This document shows positions 1 through 9,220 of a DNA stretch of 64,000 nucleotides, piece by piece. Origin of the DNA: Alphaproteobacteria bacterium (GTDB lineage Bacteria > Pseudomonadota > Alphaproteobacteria > GCA-2731375); contig CBDDPY010000002.1 in the NCBI GenBank assembly GCA_965232515.1, forward strand, positions 6,784,001-6,848,000, given 5' to 3'. Positions within the stretch are counted from its first letter, which is position 1. Each line of letters begins with the position of its first letter. The position numbers and the translations under genes were made by a program. The notes beneath the pieces are model-generated. The model saw only the letters and a list, made by a program, of their open reading frames with translations, did not search any database and had not been told where the DNA came from.

Positions 1-827
1 GCCTGGTCGTCGGTGAAGGCGTGCGGGCTGTCGGGGCCGCGTTCGATCCAGTCGCGGATGGCGGCGACATAGGTCGACTTGGCTTCGGCGGTCTTGGCGG
101 CGACGTCGTCGGGCATGGTGCGCGTGGCGAGGTCCATCGCCCGGAAGCCCTCGTAGGCGCCAGCATTCTCCGCCGGCCGGACCATGCGGCCACGCTCGTC
201 GATCCACACCGCCTGCGGCACGTTGACCATATCGTAGAGCTCGGCCAGCCGATGCTCCCGGTCGATCAGGGCGGGGTAGGTGGGACGGGCCGCCTCGATC
301 CAGGGGCGCGCCGCCGCGATGTCGTTGTCCATGGCGACGGCGATGACGACAAAGTTCTGTTCCCGGTAATCGTCGTAGAGGCTCTGCCACACGGACAGAT
401 CAGCACGACAGCCTCACCAGGACGCCCAGGTCGCGAGCAGGACCTTCTTGCCGCGGTAATCGGAGAGCGCGTGGCGACGGCCTGCCAGGTCGGGCAGGGT
501 GAAGTCCGGCGCCTGCAGCGTCTTCAGCCGGCTGGTCCGGGCCTCGGCGCCGTCGCCGAATGCCCAGACCGCGCCATCGGTGCTGTGGGCGCACGGGCGG
601 TTCATGCGTTGCCAGAACGCCGCCAGGTTGATGGCGTCCTCGCGCACGAATTTGTCGGCGCGGCTCGCCGGCACGGGCACGCAGATATCGTCGCGGCACA
701 GGCCTTCGGGCTTCATCGTCCAGCCCGACAGCCGTTCGCAATCCTCAGGCGACAGCCACAGCTCGCCATCGCCGCCCGCGCGCGCCGACACGTCGGCGGG
801 ACCTGCCGCCCTCAGCACTGTTGTCAT
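1..827 (-). CDS. Probable selenoprotein redoxin (TlpA/ResA/AhpC-TSA fold, WAxxUGC type); in-frame UGA at 414-416 read as Sec; 3' end lies beyond the window
   Basis: ATG at 827 with AAGGAG upstream. Translation APDFTLPDLAGRRHALSDYRGKKVLLATWASW-TGA-GCRADLSVWQSLYDDYREQNFVVIAVAMD...PTYPALIDREHRLAELYDMVNVPQAVWIDERGRMVRP stays open in the same frame to base 1 and completes a thioredoxin-like fold. Confidence 0.85.
378..415 (-). promoter_or_regulatory. Putative bacterial SECIS element
   Basis: mRNA U-GAGGCU-GUCGUGCUGA-UCUG-U-CC-GUGU-GG-CAG-AGCCUC: upper stem CUG/CAG plus CC/GG with a bulged U and a GU-starting apical loop; lower stem GAGGCU/AGCCUC overlaps the UGA. Confidence 0.65.
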
Positions 828-962
828 GAACAGGTTCTCCTTCGATACAGACATTCGTGGCAACTATGCCGGTTCCGCGCGCCGGCACAAAGCCTTGACC
901 GGCAGCCGTATCGTATCATCGGCGGCTTGATGCCGTTGACCTGCCGGTGGAAGACGTAGTGC

Positions 963-1967
963 ATGCCTGACGATCCCGAAGTGCTGACAACGCTGTCGGA
1001 AAGCTATCGCCGGTTCGCCGTCGAGGAGGCCCGCGGCGTCTCGGCGCTGTATGAGAGCATGGCCGGTTTCATTGCGCAGTCGTCCGAGCTCCTTCGCTTC
1101 CTCGTATCGCTGCCGGTCGAATGCCGGCAGCCGAATCTGTTTCTGGCCGCCGTGCGGCACGTGGCCGGCGTGCCGGCGAGCGGCGAGGCGCTGGTGGATA
1201 TCATTCGGCGATCGCCCGCCGATGTGCGGCAGGTGATGCTGGGCCGGACGACGCAGACGAACGAGCCGGGCCGCTGCGCCGTCCTGTTGCCCGTCCTGGC
1301 CAGCTTGCCGCAGCCGCTGGCACTGCTGGAGGTTGGCGCGTCGGCGGGGCTGTGTCTGTTGCCCGACCGCTACGGGTACGACTATGGCGCGGTTTCGCGG
1401 TTGCCCGAGTCCGGGTCCGGAACGCCGCCGGTCTTTCCTTGCCGGGCAACGGCCGAAACGCCGTTGCCGGCGGCCCTGCCGACGATCGTGTGGCGCACGG
1501 GGCTCGATTTGAATCCACTCGACGTCTACGCCGAGGCCGACATGGGTTGGCTCGAGACGCTGGTCTGGCCGGGCCAGAAGCATCGCGCGGCGCGGCTGCG
1601 GGCAGCGATCGATGTGGCGCGGCAGGACCCGCCGTGGGTCCACCGTGGCGATCTGCTGACGGACCTGCCGGCGCTGATGGACACCGCGCCCAAGGACGCG
1701 ACGCTGGTCGTCTTCCACACCGCCGTTCTCGCCTACATTCCCGACCGCGGCCTGCGCGAGCGGTTCGCCGAGGCGATGACGGCCTCGCCGGCGGTGTGGA
1801 TCAGCAACGAGTCGCCGCGGGTATTTCCGCAACTGGCCGCGAAAGCGCCGGCGCCGAGCGCGCCCGGCCAGTTCCTCCTGTCGGTGGACGGCGCGCCGGT
1901 CGCCTGGACCGGCCCGCACGGCCAGTCCATCGAATGGTTCGGTGGGTCGGCGCTCTCGTTAGCGTAG
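963..1967 (+). CDS. DUF2332-family protein (SAM-methyltransferase-like motif)
   Basis: TQTNEPGRCA, LLEVGASAGL, GLDLNPLD, WLETLVWPGQ..RAARL and HGQSIEW motifs typical of the family. Confidence 0.75.
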   Translation: MPDDPEVLTTLSESYRRFAVEEARGVSALYESMAGFIAQSSELLRFLVSLPVECRQPNLFLAAVRHVAGVPASGEALVDIIRRSPADVRQVMLGRTTQTNEPGRCAVLLPVLASLPQPLALLEVGASAGLCLLPDRYGYDYGAVSRLPESGSGTPPVFPCRATAETPLPAALPTIVWRTGLDLNPLDVYAEADMGWLETLVWPGQKHRAARLRAAIDVARQDPPWVHRGDLLTDLPALMDTAPKDATLVVFHTAVLAYIPDRGLRERFAEAMTASPAVWISNESPRVFPQLAAKAPAPSAPGQFLLSVDGAPVAWTGPHGQSIEWFGGSALSLA

Positions 1968-2042
1968 GTCTTGTCTGTAATCCGCCTCGACGGCGCATCA
2001 ACGGCAACGTCTCGCGATGTCGGCCGCGCAACAACGTGGCCG

Positions 2043-3437
2043 TCAGATGTTGGGGTGACGTCCGGAATTTCCGCTTGATTGCTCGTAGGCATGCGCCAAT
2101 TGCAGCAATCGCGCTTCGCCGAAAGGCTGGCCGACGAGTTGCAGGCCAATCGGCAGACCGTGGTCGTCGAAGCCGGCCGGCACCGAGACGGCGGGAACAC
2201 CCAGTGCGTTAAACGGCAAGGTGTTGCGCATGCGCTCACCGACCATGGACGGGTCGTCTTCGTCGACCCGACAGGCCGGTGCGGTCGTGGTCGGCAATAC
2301 GAGAGCGTCGAAACCGGCAAAGGCCGCCAGATATTCCTCGGTAGCAAGGCGTCTAATGCGCTGGCCTTGAACGTACTGAACGCCGGAAAACTGTTGCCCG
2401 ACCTCGATGAGTTCGCGAAGCACCGGGCCAAAGGCGTCCGGCGCCTCCTTATACCTGTGGGCGTGAAAGGCCGCACACTCAACGAATATGAGCGTTGACG
2501 CCACGTGGTAGAGATCCTTGAGGTTCGGCAGTTCGACTTCTTCAACGCGGGCGCCCAGGCTCTCGAATATCGCCAAAGCGCGCGCCGTCGCATCCTCCCA
2601 TTGCTTGTCCGCGGTGGCGTAGCTGCCCCGTCGCATGACGGCAAGCCGCGCGCCTTGGATTTCCCCGTCCAAAGCAGCCACGTAGTCGACCTCTTGTGTC
2701 AACACGCTCGACGGATCTCTCGGATCGTGACCGGCGATGACCTGTAGCATGATCGCGGTTTCGCGCACGGTACGGGCCATGGGCCCGACATGGTCAAGAG
2801 AGTATGCGAGCGGCATCGCGCCGTATTTCGACACCAGTCCGTATGTCGGCTTCAGGCCGACCACGCCGCAGAGCGCCGCCGGTTGGCGGATCGACATTGC
2901 CGTATCCGATCCGATGGCGCCATAGGCCAAACCCGCGGCCACCGCAGCCGCCGAGCCGCCGGAAGATCCGCCCGTGATATAGTCGGTATTCCATGGATTG
3001 TTCGGTCCGCCGAAGACCGACGACTGGCTGCTCGAATCCGCCGCACCCTCCGACAGATTGGTTTTACCGACCAGAACCGCGCCGGCATCGGCCAGCCGCG
3101 TCACCACCGTGGCATCGTAGTCGGTGACGTAGTTCTCATAGGCGCGGGACGCAAAGGTCGTGGGAATGCCCTTGGTTACCAGCAAGTCCTTGATGGCAAC
3201 GGGAACCCCGTGCAGCGGTCCTCGGATGCGGCCTTCGCGGCGTTCTTGATCCGCCCGATCCGCCTGGTGCAGCGCCAACTCGTCGGTGACACGAATGAAG
3301 GCGTTGAGCGACGGTTCCTTTTCGGCAATGCGATCCAAGATCGCCTGCGTCAGTTCGACCGCGGTCGCTTCGCCTGCTTTGAATAAATCCGCGATCTCAT
3401 CGATCGAGCGGTAATGGACATCCTCCGGCAGGCTCAC
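2043..3437 (-). CDS. Amidase-signature family enzyme (GatA/AtzE-like)
   Basis: GPLHGVPVAIKDL, GKTNLSE, GGSSGGSAAAVAAG, GSDTAMSIRQPAALCGVVGLKPTYG, GLPIGLQLVG. The GTG start overlaps the upstream TGA. Confidence 0.9.
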   Translation of the reverse strand: MSLPEDVHYRSIDEIADLFKAGEATAVELTQAILDRIAEKEPSLNAFIRVTDELALHQADRADQERREGRIRGPLHGVPVAIKDLLVTKGIPTTFASRAYENYVTDYDATVVTRLADAGAVLVGKTNLSEGAADSSSQSSVFGGPNNPWNTDYITGGSSGGSAAAVAAGLAYGAIGSDTAMSIRQPAALCGVVGLKPTYGLVSKYGAMPLAYSLDHVGPMARTVRETAIMLQVIAGHDPRDPSSVLTQEVDYVAALDGEIQGARLAVMRRGSYATADKQWEDATARALAIFESLGARVEEVELPNLKDLYHVASTLIFVECAAFHAHRYKEAPDAFGPVLRELIEVGQQFSGVQYVQGQRIRRLATEEYLAAFAGFDALVLPTTTAPACRVDEDDPSMVGERMRNTLPFNALGVPAVSVPAGFDDHGLPIGLQLVGQPFGEARLLQLAHAYEQSSGNSGRHPNI

Positions 3438-3670
3438 GTCGTTCGCCTGCCGATAAGCATGCTGACATGCGCCGGCTCGGTCAGGTCAAGTCGGCCTTCC
3501 CAACCGGCGACACGTTTTGCGAAGGCCAAGACATGTCCCAATCGTCCCCGGTTGCGGGCGATCTCATCCAGCGACATATCGCGTCCCAATTCGGACCGGA
3601 TGCGTTCCTGAAGAACTTTCAGATCTTCGTCCATCAATTTCGGCCCTGATGGCTTATCGGATCCGACCAT
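3434..3670 (-). CDS. Small protein coupled to the amidase; possible GatC/AtzG/HpxX-like small subunit
   Basis: 78 aa (or 66 aa from ATG 3634), helical character, C-terminal LTEPA motif, GTGA overlap with the amidase start. Confidence 0.55.
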   Translation of the reverse strand: MVGSDKPSGPKLMDEDLKVLQERIRSELGRDMSLDEIARNRGRLGHVLAFAKRVAGWEGRLDLTEPAHVSMLIGRRTT

Positions 3671-3906
3671 CCCGTAGGTCTTTGACGGTACAGATTTCGA
3701 TAAGCAACGAAAAGGCGAATTGATTCCGAGTTATCGAGGCCAACGGATCGGCAAACATCCGAATGGGGTCGGAGCCGCTTTAACCGCGATGATTGCGTTG
3801 ACCGTGCCCGTTGTTTGGACAGACTCCTTCTCAAGCTCGATTAAGTATACTGTCACCGGAACTGCCGAAACTATCTATGGCCTGACCGCCATCGGGCCGG
3901 ATCAGC

Positions 3907-4347
3907 CTACGGCGCAACCTTCACGTCCCACGGTCCTTTCTGGTGGAGGTACATGACGCATGGCTCTTCGCTGACGCAGCGAGTCAGGTGCCTGACGTTG
4001 GCCGGCATGTAGTAGTAGGCGCCCGCGGCATGCGTCTGGACCTGCTGGGTGTCGGCGATGACGTTTTCGAAGGTGCCGGACAAGATAACCGAATGGTAGG
4101 CGTGCGAATGCATGTGCATGGGCGACGCGGTTCCGGGGTTCCACTTCGACAGCCGGCCATAGGCTGATCTCTGCATATCGCCCCAGAGCGGGGCGGCGGC
4201 GCCGACCGGCGTGGGGAACCATTCGATCTGTTCCGGCGATTTCGCGATCATCTCGTCCTGCGACAGGGCCTCCGAGGATGTCAGGCCGAGTCCGAGCGTG
4301 GCGACCGCGGCCGCCATTAAAACCGGTAAGGGCATCGGGTAGTTCAT
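3907..4347 (-). CDS. Secreted cupin-domain protein (DUF4437-like)
   Basis: AAGGAG RBS, signal-peptide-like N-terminus, PLWGD, SPMHMHSHAYHSVILSG, AGAYYYMPANVRHLTRC, GPWD. Confidence 0.75.
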   Translation of the reverse strand: MNYPMPLPVLMAAAVATLGLGLTSSEALSQDEMIAKSPEQIEWFPTPVGAAAPLWGDMQRSAYGRLSKWNPGTASPMHMHSHAYHSVILSGTFENVIADTQQVQTHAAGAYYYMPANVRHLTRCVSEEPCVMYLHQKGPWDVKVAP

Positions 4348-4576
4348 CGCACATCTCCTTGTTTGGACGCCGTGGTCGCGTCGGCGCGAGAGACAGGGTT
4401 CTCGGATGGTTGACGAATGGCGCGCGTCAGAATCGACGGCTTCACGGTCATTTGATGACAGCGGCTTCGATACGAAGCTTCGGCCCGTCAATACGGACGC
4501 GCCTCAGACATGCAGGTCGACCAGCATCGCATTGCCGTCGGGGTCGATGACGACGAAACCCGCCGCGCCGCTGAGA

Positions 4577-4957
4577 TCAGGTCGCTTTGACCATACAGAA
4601 GAAGGCGATCTTGTGACCGTCCAGATCCCGGCAGTAGCCGAATTCCGTCTTGCGCGTACCGCGCGGTCCCGGCGCGCCTTCATCGGTGCCACCCAACGAC
4701 AGGGCCTTGGCGTGCATCTCCGCGACCTTTTCCGGGCTGTCGACGGGAATCGCCACCATGGTGCCGTTGCCGACGGTCGCGGTCCCGCCGTCGAAGGGCT
4801 TGATCACGCCCAGCATGCCGCCGGTCGGTGCTGTACCCCAGACCGTAATGTGGTCGCCGTCATGAATGCGTGTCGCACCGACGTCGCCCAGCAAGGCATC
4901 GTAAAACCCGCGCGCTCTGTCGATGTCGTTCGTGCCGAGCGTCATATAGCCAATCAT
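4577..4957 (-). CDS. VOC/glyoxalase family protein
   Basis: MIGYMTLGTNDIDRARGFYD, PFDGGTATVGNGTMVA, GGTDEGAPGPR, YCRDLDGHKI. Confidence 0.9.
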   Translation of the reverse strand: MIGYMTLGTNDIDRARGFYDALLGDVGATRIHDGDHITVWGTAPTGGMLGVIKPFDGGTATVGNGTMVAIPVDSPEKVAEMHAKALSLGGTDEGAPGPRGTRKTEFGYCRDLDGHKIAFFCMVKAT

Positions 4958-5126
4958 GATTTCCCCCACCTGATGCGCGCGGCGACGGGCGGCCGCGATG
5001 TCACCTCACTTATTGCCGATGGAGACGCGTCCGTAAAGGCTTGCCCGGGACCTGGGTCGAGTGCGTAATCTGATCGGCGCGATCGGTTTGTGGACGGCGG
5101 ATGCCGGCGTCAGTGAGAGGTGGGGA

Positions 5127-6035
5127 ATGAGCGAGTTCACGGCTGACGGGATCCATACGGCGCTGGTGACAGCGTTCGGCGAGGACGGGAACCTCGACGC
5201 GCAAGCGCTCGCCGAGAGCGTCCGGTTCCAGATCGCGGCCGGCGTGCAGGGGGTCTGCGCGCTGGGCGGCACTGGCGAGCCGCTGGCGCTGACATCGGAC
5301 GAAACCAAACGAGTGATCGACACCGTCGTCGCGGCGGCGAACAGGCGGATCGCGGTCGTGATCGGCTGTCTGGCCGCATCCCAGCCAGACATCATCGCCG
5401 CCGGCCGGCATGCCAAGGCGGCGGGCGCGGACGCGGTGATGGTGCTGCCGCCCTACTTTGTCGGGGCGACGCCCCGACACATTGCCGGGCATTTGGGCGA
5501 GGTGGCCGCGGCCGTCGACCTGCCGCTGGTCCTGTTCAACACGCCGTCGCGGGCGGGCCTCTGTCTCGAGGTCGCGTTCGTTCTTGAGCTGGTCGATGCC
5601 GTGCCGCAGTTCGTCGCCATCAAGGAGGCGAGCGGCGATATGGTCGCGGTAACCGAGCTGGCGCGGCGGGCGCCCGAAGGGTTTTCGGTCTTGCAGGGAC
5701 TCGACGAACTTATCCTGCCGACGCTGGCGGTTGGCGGCAGGGGCGCAATGGTCTCCGGTTCCTGTTTGACGCCCCGGCTTCATGTCGCGCTCGCCGCGGC
5801 CTTTCAGGGGGGCGACCTAGCGCGCGCCCGCGCGCTGCAGCACGCCCTGATGCCGCTCTGCCATGCGATCTACCGCGAGCCGAACCCAGCGCCGCTGAAG
5901 CGGGCGCTCACCATGGTGGGGCGCGGCGCGGGGCCGACCCGGCCGCCGCTCGGCGAGGTCGAGGACGAGACGGTGACCCGGCTGCAGGCCGCGCTCGCCG
6001 ATCTCGGTCCCTGGCTCGACGCCGGTCCGGAATAG
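5127..6035 (+). CDS. DapA/NanA-family class I aldolase (divergent active site)
   Basis: GIHTALVTAF, LGGTGE, GADAVMVLPPYF, LVLFNTPSRAG, Schiff-base Lys in AIKEASGD, EPNPAPLK. Confidence 0.85.
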   Translation: MSEFTADGIHTALVTAFGEDGNLDAQALAESVRFQIAAGVQGVCALGGTGEPLALTSDETKRVIDTVVAAANRRIAVVIGCLAASQPDIIAAGRHAKAAGADAVMVLPPYFVGATPRHIAGHLGEVAAAVDLPLVLFNTPSRAGLCLEVAFVLELVDAVPQFVAIKEASGDMVAVTELARRAPEGFSVLQGLDELILPTLAVGGRGAMVSGSCLTPRLHVALAAAFQGGDLARARALQHALMPLCHAIYREPNPAPLKRALTMVGRGAGPTRPPLGEVEDETVTRLQAALADLGPWLDAGPE

Positions 6036-6053
6036 CGTCGGAGCCGCGTTGGC

Positions 6054-6542
6054 CTAGTCGACGAACTTCCAGGCGCCGTCGGGCTGGCGGCAGGCCTGGC
6101 CGTAGAGCTGTTGCTCGCGGCCGGCGATGGTGGCCGTGGTGATGACTTCGCGGCAGGGACCGGCGCCGACGACATCGTTGGGCACGGGGGCCGGTGCCGC
6201 GTCGGGAAGGGGCGCGACCGTGACCTCGTTTTCCCGGCTGTAGTCATCGTCGCGCCAGTCGTCGTAACGGTCCCGATCTGCGACATGGTAGCGATAAGGA
6301 CCGTGGTCGCGGCGCCAGTGATGCGGGCGCTTGCACTTGACCTTCTTGCGATAGCCCTTGCGGCCGTATTTCTCGACGATCTTGCAGCCGTTGATGTAGC
6401 GCACGCTCTTGTAGGACTGGTGCGCGTGGTGATGCGGGCCGTGCCAGCCGGGACCGTCATGATGCTTCCAGGAATGCGCGGCGGCGGGCGAGAGTGGGGC
6501 GATCAGCAGTGGCAGCAGCGGGAGCAGGAATTTCATTTTCAT
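6054..6542 (-). CDS. Secreted His/Arg-rich protein with 17-kDa surface-antigen-like C-terminus
   Basis: Signal peptide (MKMKFLLPLLPLLIAPLSPAAA), His-rich segment, C-terminal CRE..TATIAG..QQLYGQACRQPDGAWK motif. Confidence 0.65.
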   Translation of the reverse strand: MKMKFLLPLLPLLIAPLSPAAAHSWKHHDGPGWHGPHHHAHQSYKSVRYINGCKIVEKYGRKGYRKKVKCKRPHHWRRDHGPYRYHVADRDRYDDWRDDDYSRENEVTVAPLPDAAPAPVPNDVVGAGPCREVITTATIAGREQQLYGQACRQPDGAWKFVD

Positions 6543-6608
6543 GACGGCACGTCCTCGGCGACCTTGGAATCGATGCGCCTATCTGAGCATGCCGGCGCTA
6601 TATCGGAC

Positions 6609-6636
6609 CTGAACGCGCCGTTCATGTCAGGTTCAT
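6609..6636 (-). promoter_or_regulatory. 11-bp-periodic repeat (ATGAAC-N5-ATGAAC-N5-GTTCAG on the - strand); candidate OmpR/PhoP-family site
   Basis: GTTCAT at 6620 and 6631 and CTGAAC at 6609 on the + strand, about 70 bp upstream of the His-rich gene. Confidence 0.45.
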
Positions 6637-6659
6637 CCGCGCGCCGGCGTCACGTCCAT

Positions 6660-7934
6660 TCAATCGGCGATCTGGCGGCAGTGGGTTTCGGGGATGAAGC
6701 GGACGGCGATAAGGCCGGCGAGCAGCAGGACGGGGATGGCGGTGAAGCCAAGGCGGTAGGTCTCGGCATCGTAGAGGCGGACGCCGTTTTCGATCTCGCC
6801 GGTCCAGTTCAGGTCGAGGATGTAGCCGATGACGACCTGCAGGACGGCGATGGAGATCATGACGCTGGCGTTCAACAGGCTGGTGATGGTGCCGGTGGCG
6901 GCGGTGGGGGTGAATTCCTTGGCGACGGCGAAGCCGACGAGGAAGCCGCTGAGGCTGCCGCCGGCGGCGAAGGCCAGCAGGTAGAGCAGCGGCACCGGCA
7001 GGTCGGGCACGTAGATCAGCACGGGCCAGACGATGAGGCCGATGAGCGGGCCGGCGTAAAGCAGCGGCTTGCGCCGGCCAAGGCGATCCGAGAGCCAGCC
7101 GGCGGCGGGGCCGACGACGCCCCAGCCGATCAGAATGGTCGAGGCGAAGGCGCCGGCGGCGGGCCGGCCGAGGCCGTAGGCCTGCATGACGAAGGGCACG
7201 CCCCAGAGCACGGCGATGGCGAGCGTCGGACCGGCGGCCAAGGCGCCGTAGGCGCCCATGGCCCAGGCGGCGCGGCGGCCGAGCGCCAGTTTGAGCACCG
7301 GCAGGACGCCGACCCGCGGCCGTCCGCCGGCCGTGGCGGCGGCCGCGGCGGGCGTGGGCGAGAGCCAGCGCGTCGCCCAGAAGGCAAAGGCGATGGCGAA
7401 GCCGACGGCGGCGGCGGCGTAGCTGGCGGCGCGCCATCCGACGGCGTCGATGACCAGCGCCAGCGGGCCCTGGCCGGCGGCGCCGCCCAGCATGGCGATC
7501 AGGTTGGTGAGGCCGACCATGAAGGCGTAGCGCTCGGGCGGCAGCCAGATCGTCGTCAGGCGCATGGTGCCGACCCAGGCCGCGGCCGCGCCGGCCCCGA
7601 TCAGCAAACGGCTGACGAAGGCCAGTGTCAGGGTGTCGGCGGCGGCGAACAGCGTCGCGCCCGTGGCGCAGACCAGCACCGCGCCGATCAGCACGCGGCG
7701 CGGGCCGACATTGTCGACGGCGATCCCAAACGGGATCTGCATCGCCGCGTAGATGTAGTAGTAGGCGGCGGCGAGGTTGCCGAGCATGGCCGCGTTGACC
7801 GCGAAGTCGCGCATCAACTGGTCGATCATCACGCTGGGCGCGACGCGCAGGAAATAGACGTAGCCGAAATAGAACGCGCCGAGGCAGCAGATCAGCCAGG
7901 GCAGTACGCCCAGCCTGGCGCCAGCATCCCTCAC
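6660..7934 (-). CDS. MFS transporter
   Basis: About 12 hydrophobic segments, motif A (GIAVDNVGPRR; GWLSDRLGRRK). Starts 1 nt after the dctM stop. Confidence 0.85.
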   Translation of the reverse strand: MRDAGARLGVLPWLICCLGAFYFGYVYFLRVAPSVMIDQLMRDFAVNAAMLGNLAAAYYYIYAAMQIPFGIAVDNVGPRRVLIGAVLVCATGATLFAAADTLTLAFVSRLLIGAGAAAAWVGTMRLTTIWLPPERYAFMVGLTNLIAMLGGAAGQGPLALVIDAVGWRAASYAAAAVGFAIAFAFWATRWLSPTPAAAAATAGGRPRVGVLPVLKLALGRRAAWAMGAYGALAAGPTLAIAVLWGVPFVMQAYGLGRPAAGAFASTILIGWGVVGPAAGWLSDRLGRRKPLLYAGPLIGLIVWPVLIYVPDLPVPLLYLLAFAAGGSLSGFLVGFAVAKEFTPTAATGTITSLLNASVMISIAVLQVVIGYILDLNWTGEIENGVRLYDAETYRLGFTAIPVLLLAGLIAVRFIPETHCRQIAD

Positions 7935-7935
7935 G

Positions 7936-9219
7936 TCAGTAGAACAGGTTCGGCAGCCAGAGCGCGATGTCGGGGAAGGCCACGAGCAGCACGATCATCA
8001 CGAACATGGTGGCGACGAACGGCAGCGCGCCGACGATGACGTCGTTCATCGAGCCGCGGCCGCGCACGCCCTGGACGACGTAGAGATTGACGCCGATGGG
8101 CGGCGTGATCAGCGCCGTCTCCAGCATCACCATCATCAGGATGCCGAACCAGACCGGGTCGTAGCCGAGGCCGACGATGATCGGCACGATCAAGGGCGTC
8201 GTGGTCAGCAGCATGGAGAGGGTCTCCATAAAGCAGCCGAGGATGAGATAGAAGGCGATCACCGCCAGCAGCGTTTGGAACGGCGTCAGGCCGAGGCTGG
8301 TGATGAAGTCGGACAAGGCTTGCGTGAGGCCGACCGCGGCCAGCGTGAAGTTGAGGAAGATCGCGGCCAGGATGATCAGCATGACCATGGCCGTCGTGCG
8401 CATGGTGCCCTCGATCGCCAGCCGCAGCATCTGCAGATTGAGCGAGCGGTTGGCGGCGGCGAGGATCAGGGAGGCGACGACGCCGAGCGAAGCGGCTTCC
8501 GTGGGTGTCGCCAGGCCGGCATAGATCGAGCCGACGACGACCAGGAAGATGCCGAGCGGCGGCAGCAGGTGCGGCAGACTGTCGATGCGCTTGCGCCAGC
8601 TGGTGTCGACCGGCGTGCCGCCCCAGCTGCGCCGGAACAGGCAGGCGACGATGACCGTGGCCATGAACAGGAGCGCCAGCAGCAGGCCAGGCAGGAAACC
8701 GGCGAGATAGAGTTGCGGCACGGAGGTGTCGGTCAAAAGGCCGTAGATGATCAGGTTGATCGACGGCGGGATGAGGATGCCGAGCGTGCCGCCGGCGGCG
8801 AGCGTGCCGACGAACAGGCGCTCGTTGTAGCGGTGCTTCTCGACCTCGGGCAGCGCGACCGTGCCGATGGTGGCGGCGGTGGCGACCGACGAGCCCGAGG
8901 TGGCGGCGAAGAGCGCGCAGGAGCCGATGTTGGAATGCATGAGCCCGCCCGGCAGCCAGGACAGCCACTGCACCATGGCGGCATACATGCGCTCGGCGAT
9001 GCCGGAGCGCAGCAGGATCTCGCCCATCAGCACGAACAGCGGAATGGCGATCAGCAGGAACTCGATGCTGTTTTCCCAGGCGACGTCGCCCAGCGCCAGA
9101 AACAGCGGCATCGGCGAATAGATTTCGTCGAGCGTCAGCGCCAGCACGCCGAGCACGGCGGCGATCGGCACGCTGAGCACGATCAGAGCCAGCAGGACGC
9201 CGAGCGTGGTGCCGAGCAT
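7936..9219 (-). CDS. dctM: TRAP transporter large permease
   Basis: LIAIPLFVLMGE, FAATSGSSVATAA, AGGTLGILIPPS, ATPTEAA, ITPPIGVNL. Confidence 0.92.
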   Translation of the reverse strand: MLGTTLGVLLALIVLSVPIAAVLGVLALTLDEIYSPMPLFLALGDVAWENSIEFLLIAIPLFVLMGEILLRSGIAERMYAAMVQWLSWLPGGLMHSNIGSCALFAATSGSSVATAATIGTVALPEVEKHRYNERLFVGTLAAGGTLGILIPPSINLIIYGLLTDTSVPQLYLAGFLPGLLLALLFMATVIVACLFRRSWGGTPVDTSWRKRIDSLPHLLPPLGIFLVVVGSIYAGLATPTEAASLGVVASLILAAANRSLNLQMLRLAIEGTMRTTAMVMLIILAAIFLNFTLAAVGLTQALSDFITSLGLTPFQTLLAVIAFYLILGCFMETLSMLLTTTPLIVPIIVGLGYDPVWFGILMMVMLETALITPPIGVNLYVVQGVRGRGSMNDVIVGALPFVATMFVMIVLLVAFPDIALWLPNLFY

Positions 9220-9220
9220 C

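Noticed and set aside
414-863. 149-aa ORF ending at WASW*, read as a truncated gene or pseudogene
   Set aside because: The downstream frame is intact and the TGA occupies the catalytic Cys position with a SECIS-like hairpin; Sec readthrough fits better.
21-959. 312-aa + strand ORF and other long antisense ORFs (e.g. 6111-8039, 9206-11095, 11596-13545, 58656-60500)
   Set aside because: Shadow frames of real genes in high-GC DNA, with no protein motifs.
3671-3900. Short ORFs in the lower-GC gap upstream of the amidase pair
   Set aside because: No RBS-start pairing or motif I can support.
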